Positions 35,543-43,576 of a DNA stretch of 64,000 nucleotides are shown one piece after another. The notes beneath the pieces were generated by a model, which saw nothing but the letters and a program-made list of their open reading frames with translations, was not told the DNA's origin and ran no database searches. The translations under genes and the position numbers were made by a program. The DNA comes from an uncultured virus (IMG/VR IMGVR_UViG_3300029319_000009) (Duplodnaviria > Heunggongvirae > Uroviricota > Caudoviricetes), in IMG/VR virus record IMGVR_UViG_3300029319_000009. One strand, written 5' to 3'. Within the stretch, counting starts at the first letter, position 1. Each line of letters starts with the position of its first letter.

Positions 35543-36198
35543 TGAAGAAGATTACTGCTGTTATACCAGTAAGAAAGGGATCACAGAGAGTTAAAAATAA
35601 GAACACAAAGCCTTTTGCAGATTCTACCTTGTTGGAGATAAAGATCAATCAGTTAAAGAAACTTAAAGGTATTGACAAGATTATTGTAAGCTCTAATTGT
35701 GAAAAGAGTTTAAAAATTGCTAAAGACTTAGGCGTGACAACACACGTTAGAGACGAATATTACGCTAGTTCAGAGGCTACGAATTCTGAATTTTTTGAAA
35801 ATCTAGCGCAATCAATAGAAGCTGACTACCTTATGTATTCCCCTGTTACTTCACCGCTAGTGTCATTAGGGACATATGGCGAGTGTTTACGCAAGTTTAA
35901 TGAAAAAGATATTGAAAATGTAGTGACCGTTTCAAGTGTCAAACACCATTTGTGGAAAAATGGAGAACCACTCAACTACAACATTGAGGAGTCGCCAAAC
36001 AGCCAAGATTTACCAGATATATATTCTATAAATTACGGAGTTTGTTTAATTTCTAAAGAAGATATGCTAAAGTGTAAAAATGTTGTAACAAAAAATCCAA
36101 CGTTTTTTATCACAGATGAAATAGAATCTATAGACATAGATACGGAATTTGATTTTATGGTAGCCGAGATGGTATATAAGGAAATTAATGAAATTTGA
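35539..36198 (+). CDS. Acylneuraminate/ulosonate cytidylyltransferase (NeuA/CMAS-like)
   Basis: IPVRKGSQRVKNKN, TSPL, PNSQDL and SIDIDTEFDF. Confidence 0.88.
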   Translation: MMKKITAVIPVRKGSQRVKNKNTKPFADSTLLEIKINQLKKLKGIDKIIVSSNCEKSLKIAKDLGVTTHVRDEYYASSEATNSEFFENLAQSIEADYLMYSPVTSPLVSLGTYGECLRKFNEKDIENVVTVSSVKHHLWKNGEPLNYNIEESPNSQDLPDIYSINYGVCLISKEDMLKCKNVVTKNPTFFITDEIESIDIDTEFDFMVAEMVYKEINEI

Positions 36199-37123
36199 TG
36201 CTTTTTATAATAAAAAAAGGTTTAGCTACATTGAAGGCTGTTTAAATAATACTAATTTGTTTACCTACCGTGGTGGCGAGAGGATAAGAAAAACAGCTTG
36301 TTTTTACTCTAAAAACCTGAACGTATACATTGACACATCAGATGGTGTCAATGAGGATCTAAAAATAAATGAATACTGTGCAAGAATTTTTAAGATAATT
36401 GATGATTGTGGTGGAAAAAAGTTTTTATTCTTCAAAGCTGCTTATTCACCAACTTGGTCGAAGAATATTATTAGCTTGGCAGAGAAAAATAATGGTCAAG
36501 TAATACCTTTCTTTAAATGGCCGTTCAATGATAACTTCAACCAGCACCTTCTTGGAAAGCGAGAGCAAATCTTGGCTTCTGCACCAAAAAAAGAATATGA
36601 TATTGGCTATTTTTGCGGACTTGCGCCATATGACTACCCGAAACCAAGTACTTCAAACCCACTAATATCTTGGACAGACCACAAGAATTTTAACGTGCCG
36701 GGTAACAGTGCTGACGCAGGCAACTATTGGAACTATTCAAGAAAAAATTTGCATAAAAAATTGATGGAATCAAAATTTACAGTTTTATACAGAGAGAAGA
36801 TATCTTATGAAGAGTATATAAAAGAAAGCTTGAAGTGCAAAACTGTCATTAACCCTCCCGGCGTTGGAGAGTACACTTCAAGGATGTTCGATCAGTGTTA
36901 TTTAGGTAGCTGTGTTGTATTGAGAAAAAATACATACGATCAAGGGCACTCTTGGAAAAATTATTTACCTGAAGTAGATTTTCAAAAGGATGGTTGGCAA
37001 GGCGAATACCAAAAAATAATTAAAAATCATGAACAGTGGGGCAATAAAGCGCTATACTACTATGAGAAGTTTTGGACTCCACAAGCGATTATAAATTATT
37101 TGATAGATAATATAGGAAAATAA
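36188..37123 (+). CDS. Putative glycosyltransferase (exostosin/GT-B-like C-terminus)
   Basis: SYEEYIKESLKCKTVINPPGVGEYTSRMFD...GSCVV. Confidence 0.6.
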   Translation: MKFDAFYNKKRFSYIEGCLNNTNLFTYRGGERIRKTACFYSKNLNVYIDTSDGVNEDLKINEYCARIFKIIDDCGGKKFLFFKAAYSPTWSKNIISLAEKNNGQVIPFFKWPFNDNFNQHLLGKREQILASAPKKEYDIGYFCGLAPYDYPKPSTSNPLISWTDHKNFNVPGNSADAGNYWNYSRKNLHKKLMESKFTVLYREKISYEEYIKESLKCKTVINPPGVGEYTSRMFDQCYLGSCVVLRKNTYDQGHSWKNYLPEVDFQKDGWQGEYQKIIKNHEQWGNKALYYYEKFWTPQAIINYLIDNIGK

Positions 37124-37125
37124 AC

Positions 37126-37743
37126 ATGAGAAAATATGACGTTAGTGCGGAACAACAAAAATTAAATGAAATAAACAAATGGTCGGCAAAACATACTAAT
37201 ACTATTGGTAGGGAGCCTCAGCGACTTGTCCATGTTTCATTAATAAAACAACTGTTTCCAAATTCAAAAAGTATTTTATGTGTTGGATCTAGAATTGATC
37301 ATGAAGTAGCTACATTTAGAAATAATGGCTTTGATGCTATAGGGATTGATATTGCTTATGAGTCGGATTTAATAAAAAGAATAGACGCTCATGAACTTAT
37401 GAATCATTTTGAAGAAGGGCAATTTGACATTGTTTATTCATCACATAGCTTAGAGCATATGTATGATGCCGAACTGGTGCTTGAAAATATAAAAAAGGTG
37501 TCAAAAAATGGAGTATTTATAACGCTACCATGCAAAAGTAAATTGTACAAGTCCCATTGTAGTGTGTTTGACTTAATGGTTGAAACAGAGGACGAGTCAT
37601 TATTTTTTGATGTTGGTGAGCTTTCTAAAAGAGAAGATTTGTTGGAAGATTTTAAAAATTTAAAGCCATATGAACTAATCTTTTATAAAAAAAGAGAAAC
37701 TAGCCCAAAGAAATATGAATTTGATGTAGTTTTTAGGTGGTAA
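37126..37743 (+). CDS. Class I SAM-dependent methyltransferase
   Basis: ILCVGSR, AIGIDI, DAH and FDIVYSSHSLEHMYD. Confidence 0.82.
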   Translation: MRKYDVSAEQQKLNEINKWSAKHTNTIGREPQRLVHVSLIKQLFPNSKSILCVGSRIDHEVATFRNNGFDAIGIDIAYESDLIKRIDAHELMNHFEEGQFDIVYSSHSLEHMYDAELVLENIKKVSKNGVFITLPCKSKLYKSHCSVFDLMVETEDESLFFDVGELSKREDLLEDFKNLKPYELIFYKKRETSPKKYEFDVVFRW

Positions 37744-37744
37744 T

Positions 37745-38803
37745 ATGAGTTTTTTAAGCAGCAATAAAATATTTCAACACCCAGAAAAGCTCTCTGAGTG
37801 GATGTCAACAGGAGACACTAGTGGACCGATAACGGTTAAAATTGACCTAACCAATGTTTGTAATCATAACTGTCCCGGCTGCATTGATGCTGATTTAATA
37901 GCAAATGATAATAATGAATTAAAATATGACACAGTTGTCGCGCTACTCTCCGATTTGAAAAAAATTGGAGTAAAAGGTATAAATTACACCGGTGGCGGCG
38001 AGCCAACGGTACATAGGCGCTTCGCACAAATTATCGATGCGACTAGCGATATGGGCTTTGACATAGGGTTGATCTGTAACGGTTCCCTGTTTCACAGACA
38101 CCCGATGGAAAGACTTCTAGAGAAATTTACATGGATAAGAATTTCTTTAGACTCCTATGACCATGAAACTCATATAAGAACTCACGGTTCAAGATCTACT
38201 TTTAATAAAACTATTAAAAATATTGAAAATTTAGTTAAAATAAAGAAAGAACAACAACTAAAAACTACAATTGGTGTTGGTTACATAACAAATCAACATG
38301 CAGATATGGATCGACAAGTTGATAAATTTATTAAACTGTGCAAAGATTTGGGAGTTGATTACGCACAACTGAGACCTAGTTTCGGTTTTATGCACGACTA
38401 CAACACAATCACACCCAAAGAGTGGAGAGAAACGTTTAAAAGACTGAAAGAAAGCGAAACAGACAAATTTAAAGTGGTGATTGATGAGGACAAGTTCCAA
38501 AAAATAATGACCGGTTCAACCAAAAGAACCTATTCTACTTGCCACGCCCAGTCTTTTAAAAGTACTTCAATAACAGCTTTGGGTGGAGTTTTTATTTGTT
38601 GTTCATTGTCAGGTGTATTGACTGGCTATATCGGAAACATATTACATGAAAACTTTGTAGATATCTGGAATGGAGAAAAAAGAAAAAAAGTTTTAGCAGC
38701 GCTTGATGTTAATAAGTGCCCTGCATTATGCGTAGGGGACAATTTAAATGAATTTCTTGAGAATTTTAAGAAAAATAAGCCAGACCATGCTAATTTTTTG
38801 TAG
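37745..38803 (+). CDS. Radical SAM protein with SPASM/Twitch domain
   Basis: CNHNCPGC (CxxxCxxC), TGGGEP and RISLD. C-terminal C...GGVFICC...IGNI...IWNG...CPALC. Confidence 0.92.
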   Translation: MSFLSSNKIFQHPEKLSEWMSTGDTSGPITVKIDLTNVCNHNCPGCIDADLIANDNNELKYDTVVALLSDLKKIGVKGINYTGGGEPTVHRRFAQIIDATSDMGFDIGLICNGSLFHRHPMERLLEKFTWIRISLDSYDHETHIRTHGSRSTFNKTIKNIENLVKIKKEQQLKTTIGVGYITNQHADMDRQVDKFIKLCKDLGVDYAQLRPSFGFMHDYNTITPKEWRETFKRLKESETDKFKVVIDEDKFQKIMTGSTKRTYSTCHAQSFKSTSITALGGVFICCSLSGVLTGYIGNILHENFVDIWNGEKRKKVLAALDVNKCPALCVGDNLNEFLENFKKNKPDHANFL

Positions 38804-38809
38804 GTAAAA

Positions 38810-39739
38810 ATGAAGATTACTTTTGGTATCGTAAATTACAATAGACTTTTTTATTTAAAAAGCTGCGCGGAGTCTTTGATGGACTCTGTGGAGGATTATT
38901 ATGATGACATACAGTTCATCTGTGTCGATGATAACAGCGTTGAGCCAGGAACGAAAGAATACTTAGAATATTTGAAAACAAAAAATTGGCTCATAATAAA
39001 CCAAGAGGACCGAAGAGACAAAGAAAAAAGTTCAATACATGGCAATGTAGAACATATTGACCCATGGGCTGAGGCGGTGAACTTGATATATGAAAATGCC
39101 ACGGGCGATCTGATCGCACCATTGCAAGGAGATATGCAATTCATAAGAAAAAACTGGTTAGAGGATTATGTGCAATTATATAAAAACAACTCAGATGTCT
39201 TCGCCGTAATGTTTGACGCACAGAGAAAAATTAGACTAGAGAGATCATCCTTTGACAACAAAAAAATTGCCGGTAAAAATACCTTTGCAGTTGAATCAAA
39301 TAGAAGAATCCCTGGTGCTGGTGACTGTTTTTACGACAAACAAACTTTAAAAGCCATCGGTGGTTGGCATCCCGGCAAAAAGACGAATGCAGAAGATCTT
39401 TTTCGTGGAATGATAGAAAGAAAGTACGGCGACGATAAAAAAGTCTATGTGCCCTGGCTACCTGTAGCTGTAGCAATCTATACTGATTCTCGTGGCACAA
39501 ATGGGCGAGTGCGTGGAAATAGAAGATATGGCGATTATTGGCAAGCAAAAGATGATTTCTATTATCAGTGGCTTGATGAAAAAACAGTAAAAACTAATAC
39601 CAATCGCCCTAGCTCAATTGAAGAAGTTGCTAAACCAAATGGCGATTGGCTGTTGCCAATAGACGAATACGGGAACTGGAAAAAAAGCCCGGTTGATACA
39701 AACTCATCTGATCCAAATGATTACGAGGTAATATTTTAA
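38810..39739 (+). CDS. Glycosyltransferase, GT2-like
   Basis: IVNYNR, VDDNS, LQGDMQF and IGGW...AED. Confidence 0.82.
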   Translation: MKITFGIVNYNRLFYLKSCAESLMDSVEDYYDDIQFICVDDNSVEPGTKEYLEYLKTKNWLIINQEDRRDKEKSSIHGNVEHIDPWAEAVNLIYENATGDLIAPLQGDMQFIRKNWLEDYVQLYKNNSDVFAVMFDAQRKIRLERSSFDNKKIAGKNTFAVESNRRIPGAGDCFYDKQTLKAIGGWHPGKKTNAEDLFRGMIERKYGDDKKVYVPWLPVAVAIYTDSRGTNGRVRGNRRYGDYWQAKDDFYYQWLDEKTVKTNTNRPSSIEEVAKPNGDWLLPIDEYGNWKKSPVDTNSSDPNDYEVIF

Positions 39740-39741
39740 AA

Positions 39742-40677
39742 ATGATAAATAAAAAAAAGCTGGGAGAAGGACGATCATCAATGAGAAACCAAGGCTATTA
39801 CGATTCAACGTTACCAAAATGCCTTGTGACAGGACACATGGGATATATTGGTGGCCACTTAGTTAATAAGCTAAGGCAATTGGGACATCAAACTATTGGC
39901 ATTGATTTAAAAAATGGACATGATATAAACAAGGACTTAAATGGTGGATTAGATGGTAATTCTTTTCACCCACATTATTTTAATTTTAAGCCTGACTACA
40001 TATTTCATTTAGCATGTATTCCAAGAGTGGGGTATAGTGTAGAAAATCCTGTTGAAACAATGCAAAATAATGTGATAGCAACTACTAACGTTTTAAATTT
40101 TGCTAGAAAAGTAGGTGCTAAAAGAGTAATTTATTCAAGCTCTTCATCCGTAATAGGTGATGGTAGTGGACCCAACAGCCCATATGGCTTACAAAAGCTA
40201 GTATCAGAGATGGAATGTAAATTATATTCAAAGCTTTATGGATTAGATACTGTCTGCTTAAGATATTTTAACGTATACTCACCAGACCAAAAGGCGATCG
40301 GACCTTACGCTACTGCTATTTCTAATTGGATGAGACATATTAGAGAAGAAAAAAATCCATTTATTACAGGTGATGGCAAACAGAGAAGAGACATGTTAAA
40401 TGTCTCTGACGCCGTAAGCGCAAACATATTTGCCATGAATCACCGTGAACTCTTTAGAGGCGAAACCTATGATGTTGGTACCGGCGAAAATATTTCTCTA
40501 AATGAGGTGAGGGCAATAGTACAAGAATACCACCCCGAGGTTGAGTTTGAATATTTACCATCTAGAGAAGGTGACGTGCTATTCACTAAAGCTAATAGCG
40601 AACCACTTAAAAAGATAGGGTGGCAAACATCCATCTCCATTGAAGATGGAGTGAGGGAGTGTTTTCGTGATTTATAA
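39742..40677 (+). CDS. NAD-dependent nucleotide-sugar epimerase/dehydratase
   Basis: VTGHMGYIG, YSSSSS, YGLQK (YxxxK), LRYFNVY and GDGKQRRD. Start codon uncertain. Confidence 0.92.
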   Translation: MINKKKLGEGRSSMRNQGYYDSTLPKCLVTGHMGYIGGHLVNKLRQLGHQTIGIDLKNGHDINKDLNGGLDGNSFHPHYFNFKPDYIFHLACIPRVGYSVENPVETMQNNVIATTNVLNFARKVGAKRVIYSSSSSVIGDGSGPNSPYGLQKLVSEMECKLYSKLYGLDTVCLRYFNVYSPDQKAIGPYATAISNWMRHIREEKNPFITGDGKQRRDMLNVSDAVSANIFAMNHRELFRGETYDVGTGENISLNEVRAIVQEYHPEVEFEYLPSREGDVLFTKANSEPLKKIGWQTSISIEDGVRECFRDL

Positions 40678-41506
40678 TAATGTGGGCGTCATCGGCCAAG
40701 GCTTTGTTGGCACAGCCATAAAAGAGGGGCTTAAAGAAAAGATTGGCATTGAAACATACGACAAACATAAGGATTCAACTTGTGCAAACATTGAAGAATT
40801 GTGTTCAAAAACAAAAGTTATTTTTATTTGTGTTCCTACCCCAATGAAAAAAAATGGCTCATGTAGCACTTCCATTGTGGAAGATGTTGTCCGTGAGGTG
40901 GACTCTTATGCAACAAACAAGCACATAGTTATAATAAAGTCAACAGTCCCACCCGGCACAACTCAAAAATTAAATGATGAGTGTAAAAACCTGACAGTTT
41001 TGTTTAGTCCTGAATTTTTAACGGAGTCCAATTTCATTGATGATTTTAAAAACCAAAATAGAATTATTATTGGTGGACCACGACCAGCTACAACAAAAAT
41101 AAGAACTTTATTTAAGAAGCTTTTTCCAAAGTGTGCTGTGATTAAAACACATTCAAATACCGCAGAGATGGTTAAATATTTTACCAACTGTTTTTTAGCA
41201 GTAAAAGTGAGTTTTTCAAATGAGATCAAGCAGGCTTGCGATAAGATGGATATTGATTATGACAAGGTTGTAGAGTATGCCTTGTATGATGATAGAATAG
41301 GAAAATCACATTTAACTGTACCGGGTCCAGATGGTAAAATGGGTTTTGGTGGAAGTTGTTTTCCAAAGGACATAAATGCTTTAATACACATATGTAAAGA
41401 GTTGGGCATACATCCACAAATACTGCTCGCCGCCTGGGAAAAAAATTTAGAGGTCCGTCCCGAAAAAGACTGGGAACAGCTTAAGGGTCGAGCAATTGTA
41501 GAGTAA
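40667..41506 (+). CDS. UDP-glucose/GDP-mannose dehydrogenase family protein (short, no C-terminal domain)
   Basis: IGQGFVG, ICVPTP, KSTVPPGT, PEFLTE, AEMVKY and GFGGSCFPKD. Likely GTG start. Confidence 0.92.
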   Translation: MIYNNVGVIGQGFVGTAIKEGLKEKIGIETYDKHKDSTCANIEELCSKTKVIFICVPTPMKKNGSCSTSIVEDVVREVDSYATNKHIVIIKSTVPPGTTQKLNDECKNLTVLFSPEFLTESNFIDDFKNQNRIIIGGPRPATTKIRTLFKKLFPKCAVIKTHSNTAEMVKYFTNCFLAVKVSFSNEIKQACDKMDIDYDKVVEYALYDDRIGKSHLTVPGPDGKMGFGGSCFPKDINALIHICKELGIHPQILLAAWEKNLEVRPEKDWEQLKGRAIVE

Positions 41507-41529
41507 TTTTATCTAATGAGGAGTAAATA

Positions 41530-41715
41530 ATGAAGTTATCAGACCAAGCACTAGGAGCCGTAATGATGGCCCTACAAAAGTCACTATTAGAACAGACAGA
41601 CATTGTACCAGTTTTAAAAGATTTTGATTTTGTTTTAGAGGGAGAGGAACTGCTAGTTACAAACCCACCAACTTTTAAGGTTGACGAGCAACAGTCAGAG
41701 TTTGTTTATGAATAA
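41530..41715 (+). CDS. Small hypothetical protein
   Basis: 61 aa with a GAGGAG SD. Confidence 0.75.
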   Translation: MKLSDQALGAVMMALQKSLLEQTDIVPVLKDFDFVLEGEELLVTNPPTFKVDEQQSEFVYE

Positions 41716-42070
41716 GATAATTAAAAAGCCGTGGGGACATGAAGAAATCATAGTTCATACTGACAAGTATGTTATGAAAAAACTGTGGATCAATGAAGGG
41801 CAACGACTTTCAAGACAGTTTCATGTTAAGAAGGATGAGACTGTGTTTGTTTCAAAGGGGACATTGCTTTTAGATTTATCAACAGATGACTTAGAAAGCA
41901 ACATTATGAAGCTTGAAGAGGGGCAATCGTGGAGAATTGTCCCAAACACCATTCACAGATTCACAGCACCTGATGATCGACCAGTAGAACTTTTTGAAGT
42001 TTCTACTCCAGAATTAGATGATGTTGTAAGGTTATCTGATGATTACGGGAGATCAGGTGCCGAAGTATAA
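41708..42070 (+). CDS. Cupin, mannose-6-phosphate isomerase type II C-terminal-like
   Basis: KPWGHE, LSRQFH..KDET, IHRF and EVSTPELDDVVRLSDDYGR. Likely start ATG 41708. Confidence 0.82.
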   Translation: MNKIIKKPWGHEEIIVHTDKYVMKKLWINEGQRLSRQFHVKKDETVFVSKGTLLLDLSTDDLESNIMKLEEGQSWRIVPNTIHRFTAPDDRPVELFEVSTPELDDVVRLSDDYGRSGAEV

Positions 42071-42302
42071 ATTCAACTGCGATTATTGTCACAAGCAGTG
42101 GTGGGAGTGGATGGGAATGAAGGATCCAATTCCAACAGAATGTCCTCATTGTGAACAGGGAAAGCCCTACAAAGTTCCCACAAACTTTGTTACAATAAGA
42201 AAGCAAAAAGAAGAAAAAAAATCTGCTAAAGAAAATGTGGTTGATCACATTGAAGAGAACAGAGAAATCTTAAAGCAGATGAAAGCCGAGGCAACTAAAT
42301 GA
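42057..42302 (+). CDS. FmdB-like zinc-ribbon protein
   Basis: GTG 42057 gives MPKYKFNCDYC...CPHC. Confidence 0.78.
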   Translation: MPKYKFNCDYCHKQWWEWMGMKDPIPTECPHCEQGKPYKVPTNFVTIRKQKEEKKSAKENVVDHIEENREILKQMKAEATK

Positions 42303-42610
42303 CCATTGCACTAACAATAGCTACAATCACCCTCTCAATCGCTCTAGGATTGTCTGTGTGGTACATTCGCGGATTACTTAGGGTGATGTATCAAATAACT
42401 GTAGATGTCCAACAGATGGAAGATAAGATGGTTGATTTCTCAAAACATCTAGACAATGTTTATGAGATGGAGATGTACTATGGGGATGAAACCCTAAGTC
42501 AACTCATTCGTCACTCTAAAGAAGTCGTTGATAACATTAATCAATTTAAAAATTTATTTGAGATAGAAAATGACAAAACCAATGAAAAGAAAGAGACGGA
42601 AGAGAACTAA
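42299..42610 (+). CDS. Single-pass membrane protein with coiled coil
   Basis: N-terminal IALTIATITLSIALGLSVWYI followed by a heptad region. Confidence 0.7.
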   Translation: MTIALTIATITLSIALGLSVWYIRGLLRVMYQITVDVQQMEDKMVDFSKHLDNVYEMEMYYGDETLSQLIRHSKEVVDNINQFKNLFEIENDKTNEKKETEEN

Positions 42611-43277
42611 AAGACTTTATTTTACAAAAGTCCACGAGGAGGCAATAATTCAATATTGCCTCACAAACGATAGGTATGAAAAAGACCGCATATACGGAAC
42701 TCTTATCCAACCAGCTTTTAGTGAGATGGTAGATAAGATTATCTACACCTACAAGTTCAACAATCTTCCAAATATAGAAGTTCTGGCCGATGAATGCAAG
42801 ATTTGGCTCACAACCATTTTGGCTAAGTTTGATCCTGAAAAGGGGCACAAAGCATTCTCTTATTTTAGTGTGATCACCAAGAACTGGTTCATTCAGAAAG
42901 TTAAAAAGAATACTAAAAGACTTCAAAGAGAGGTAAGGTGTGATGATGTCTACCACCAAACAGAAAATGAGCAGTTTGTAACAAAAAATCACTATGAAGA
43001 TGACAGAGCAAAACGCGAATTTTGGTCTGCTTTGACTAGTGAGATTGATGGTTGGAAACAAATGCCGTTAAAAGAGAACGAGCAAAAAACCATTTTAGCC
43101 ATTGAAGATCTAATGAACAGCATTGAAAGTATCGAAATTTTTAACAAAAAAGCTATTTATCTATACCTACGAGAGATTAGTGGTTTAAACACTAAGCAAC
43201 TTGTAGCTAGCTTGAGCAACATTAAGAAAAGGTATCGAGAGTTCAAGTATGATTGGGTAAATGGTGATCCGAGATGA
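42570..43277 (+). CDS. Phage RNA polymerase sigma factor (gp55-like, putative late sigma)
   Basis: KFDPEKGHKAFSYFSVITKNWFIQ resembles sigma region 2.2-2.3 (FDPxxG..F.TY). The gene sits just before the virion genes. Confidence 0.7.
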   Translation: MTKPMKRKRRKRTKRLYFTKVHEEAIIQYCLTNDRYEKDRIYGTLIQPAFSEMVDKIIYTYKFNNLPNIEVLADECKIWLTTILAKFDPEKGHKAFSYFSVITKNWFIQKVKKNTKRLQREVRCDDVYHQTENEQFVTKNHYEDDRAKREFWSALTSEIDGWKQMPLKENEQKTILAIEDLMNSIESIEIFNKKAIYLYLREISGLNTKQLVASLSNIKKRYREFKYDWVNGDPR

Positions 43278-43576
43278 TAGATCCAGATGAGTTAGCAGAA
43301 CAGGCAATAAAAAACATCGAAGAAGATAGAAATAAAGCCGATTATCTTGTGACTCAAATTCTAACAGACATTCAGGCTGGCAAGACAAACCACCAAAGTG
43401 CTGGAATGGTCCTGTCTAAGCACCTAGAGACAATGCAGCGAGCTAACGAACAGTTGGTTAAGCTCACTGCCTTATTCAAAAAAACAGAAACCAATCACTT
43501 TACTGGGTTCTCCGATTCTGAAAGAGATAAGTTATTTGAAGAAATAAACAAAAAAGAAGAGGAACCTAGTGAGTAA
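43274..43576 (+). CDS. Hypothetical helical protein
   Basis: 100 aa, overlapping both neighbours (ATGA and TAATG). Confidence 0.72.
   Translation: MIDPDELAEQAIKNIEEDRNKADYLVTQILTDIQAGKTNHQSAGMVLSKHLETMQRANEQLVKLTALFKKTETNHFTGFSDSERDKLFEEINKKEEEPSE

Noticed and set aside
19353..42070. Bacterial chromosomal capsule/O-antigen locus
   Set aside because: There is no flippase, polymerase, chain-length regulator or priming transferase. The locus is joined by gene overlaps to phage-type genes on both sides. A chimeric assembly cannot be fully excluded without reads.
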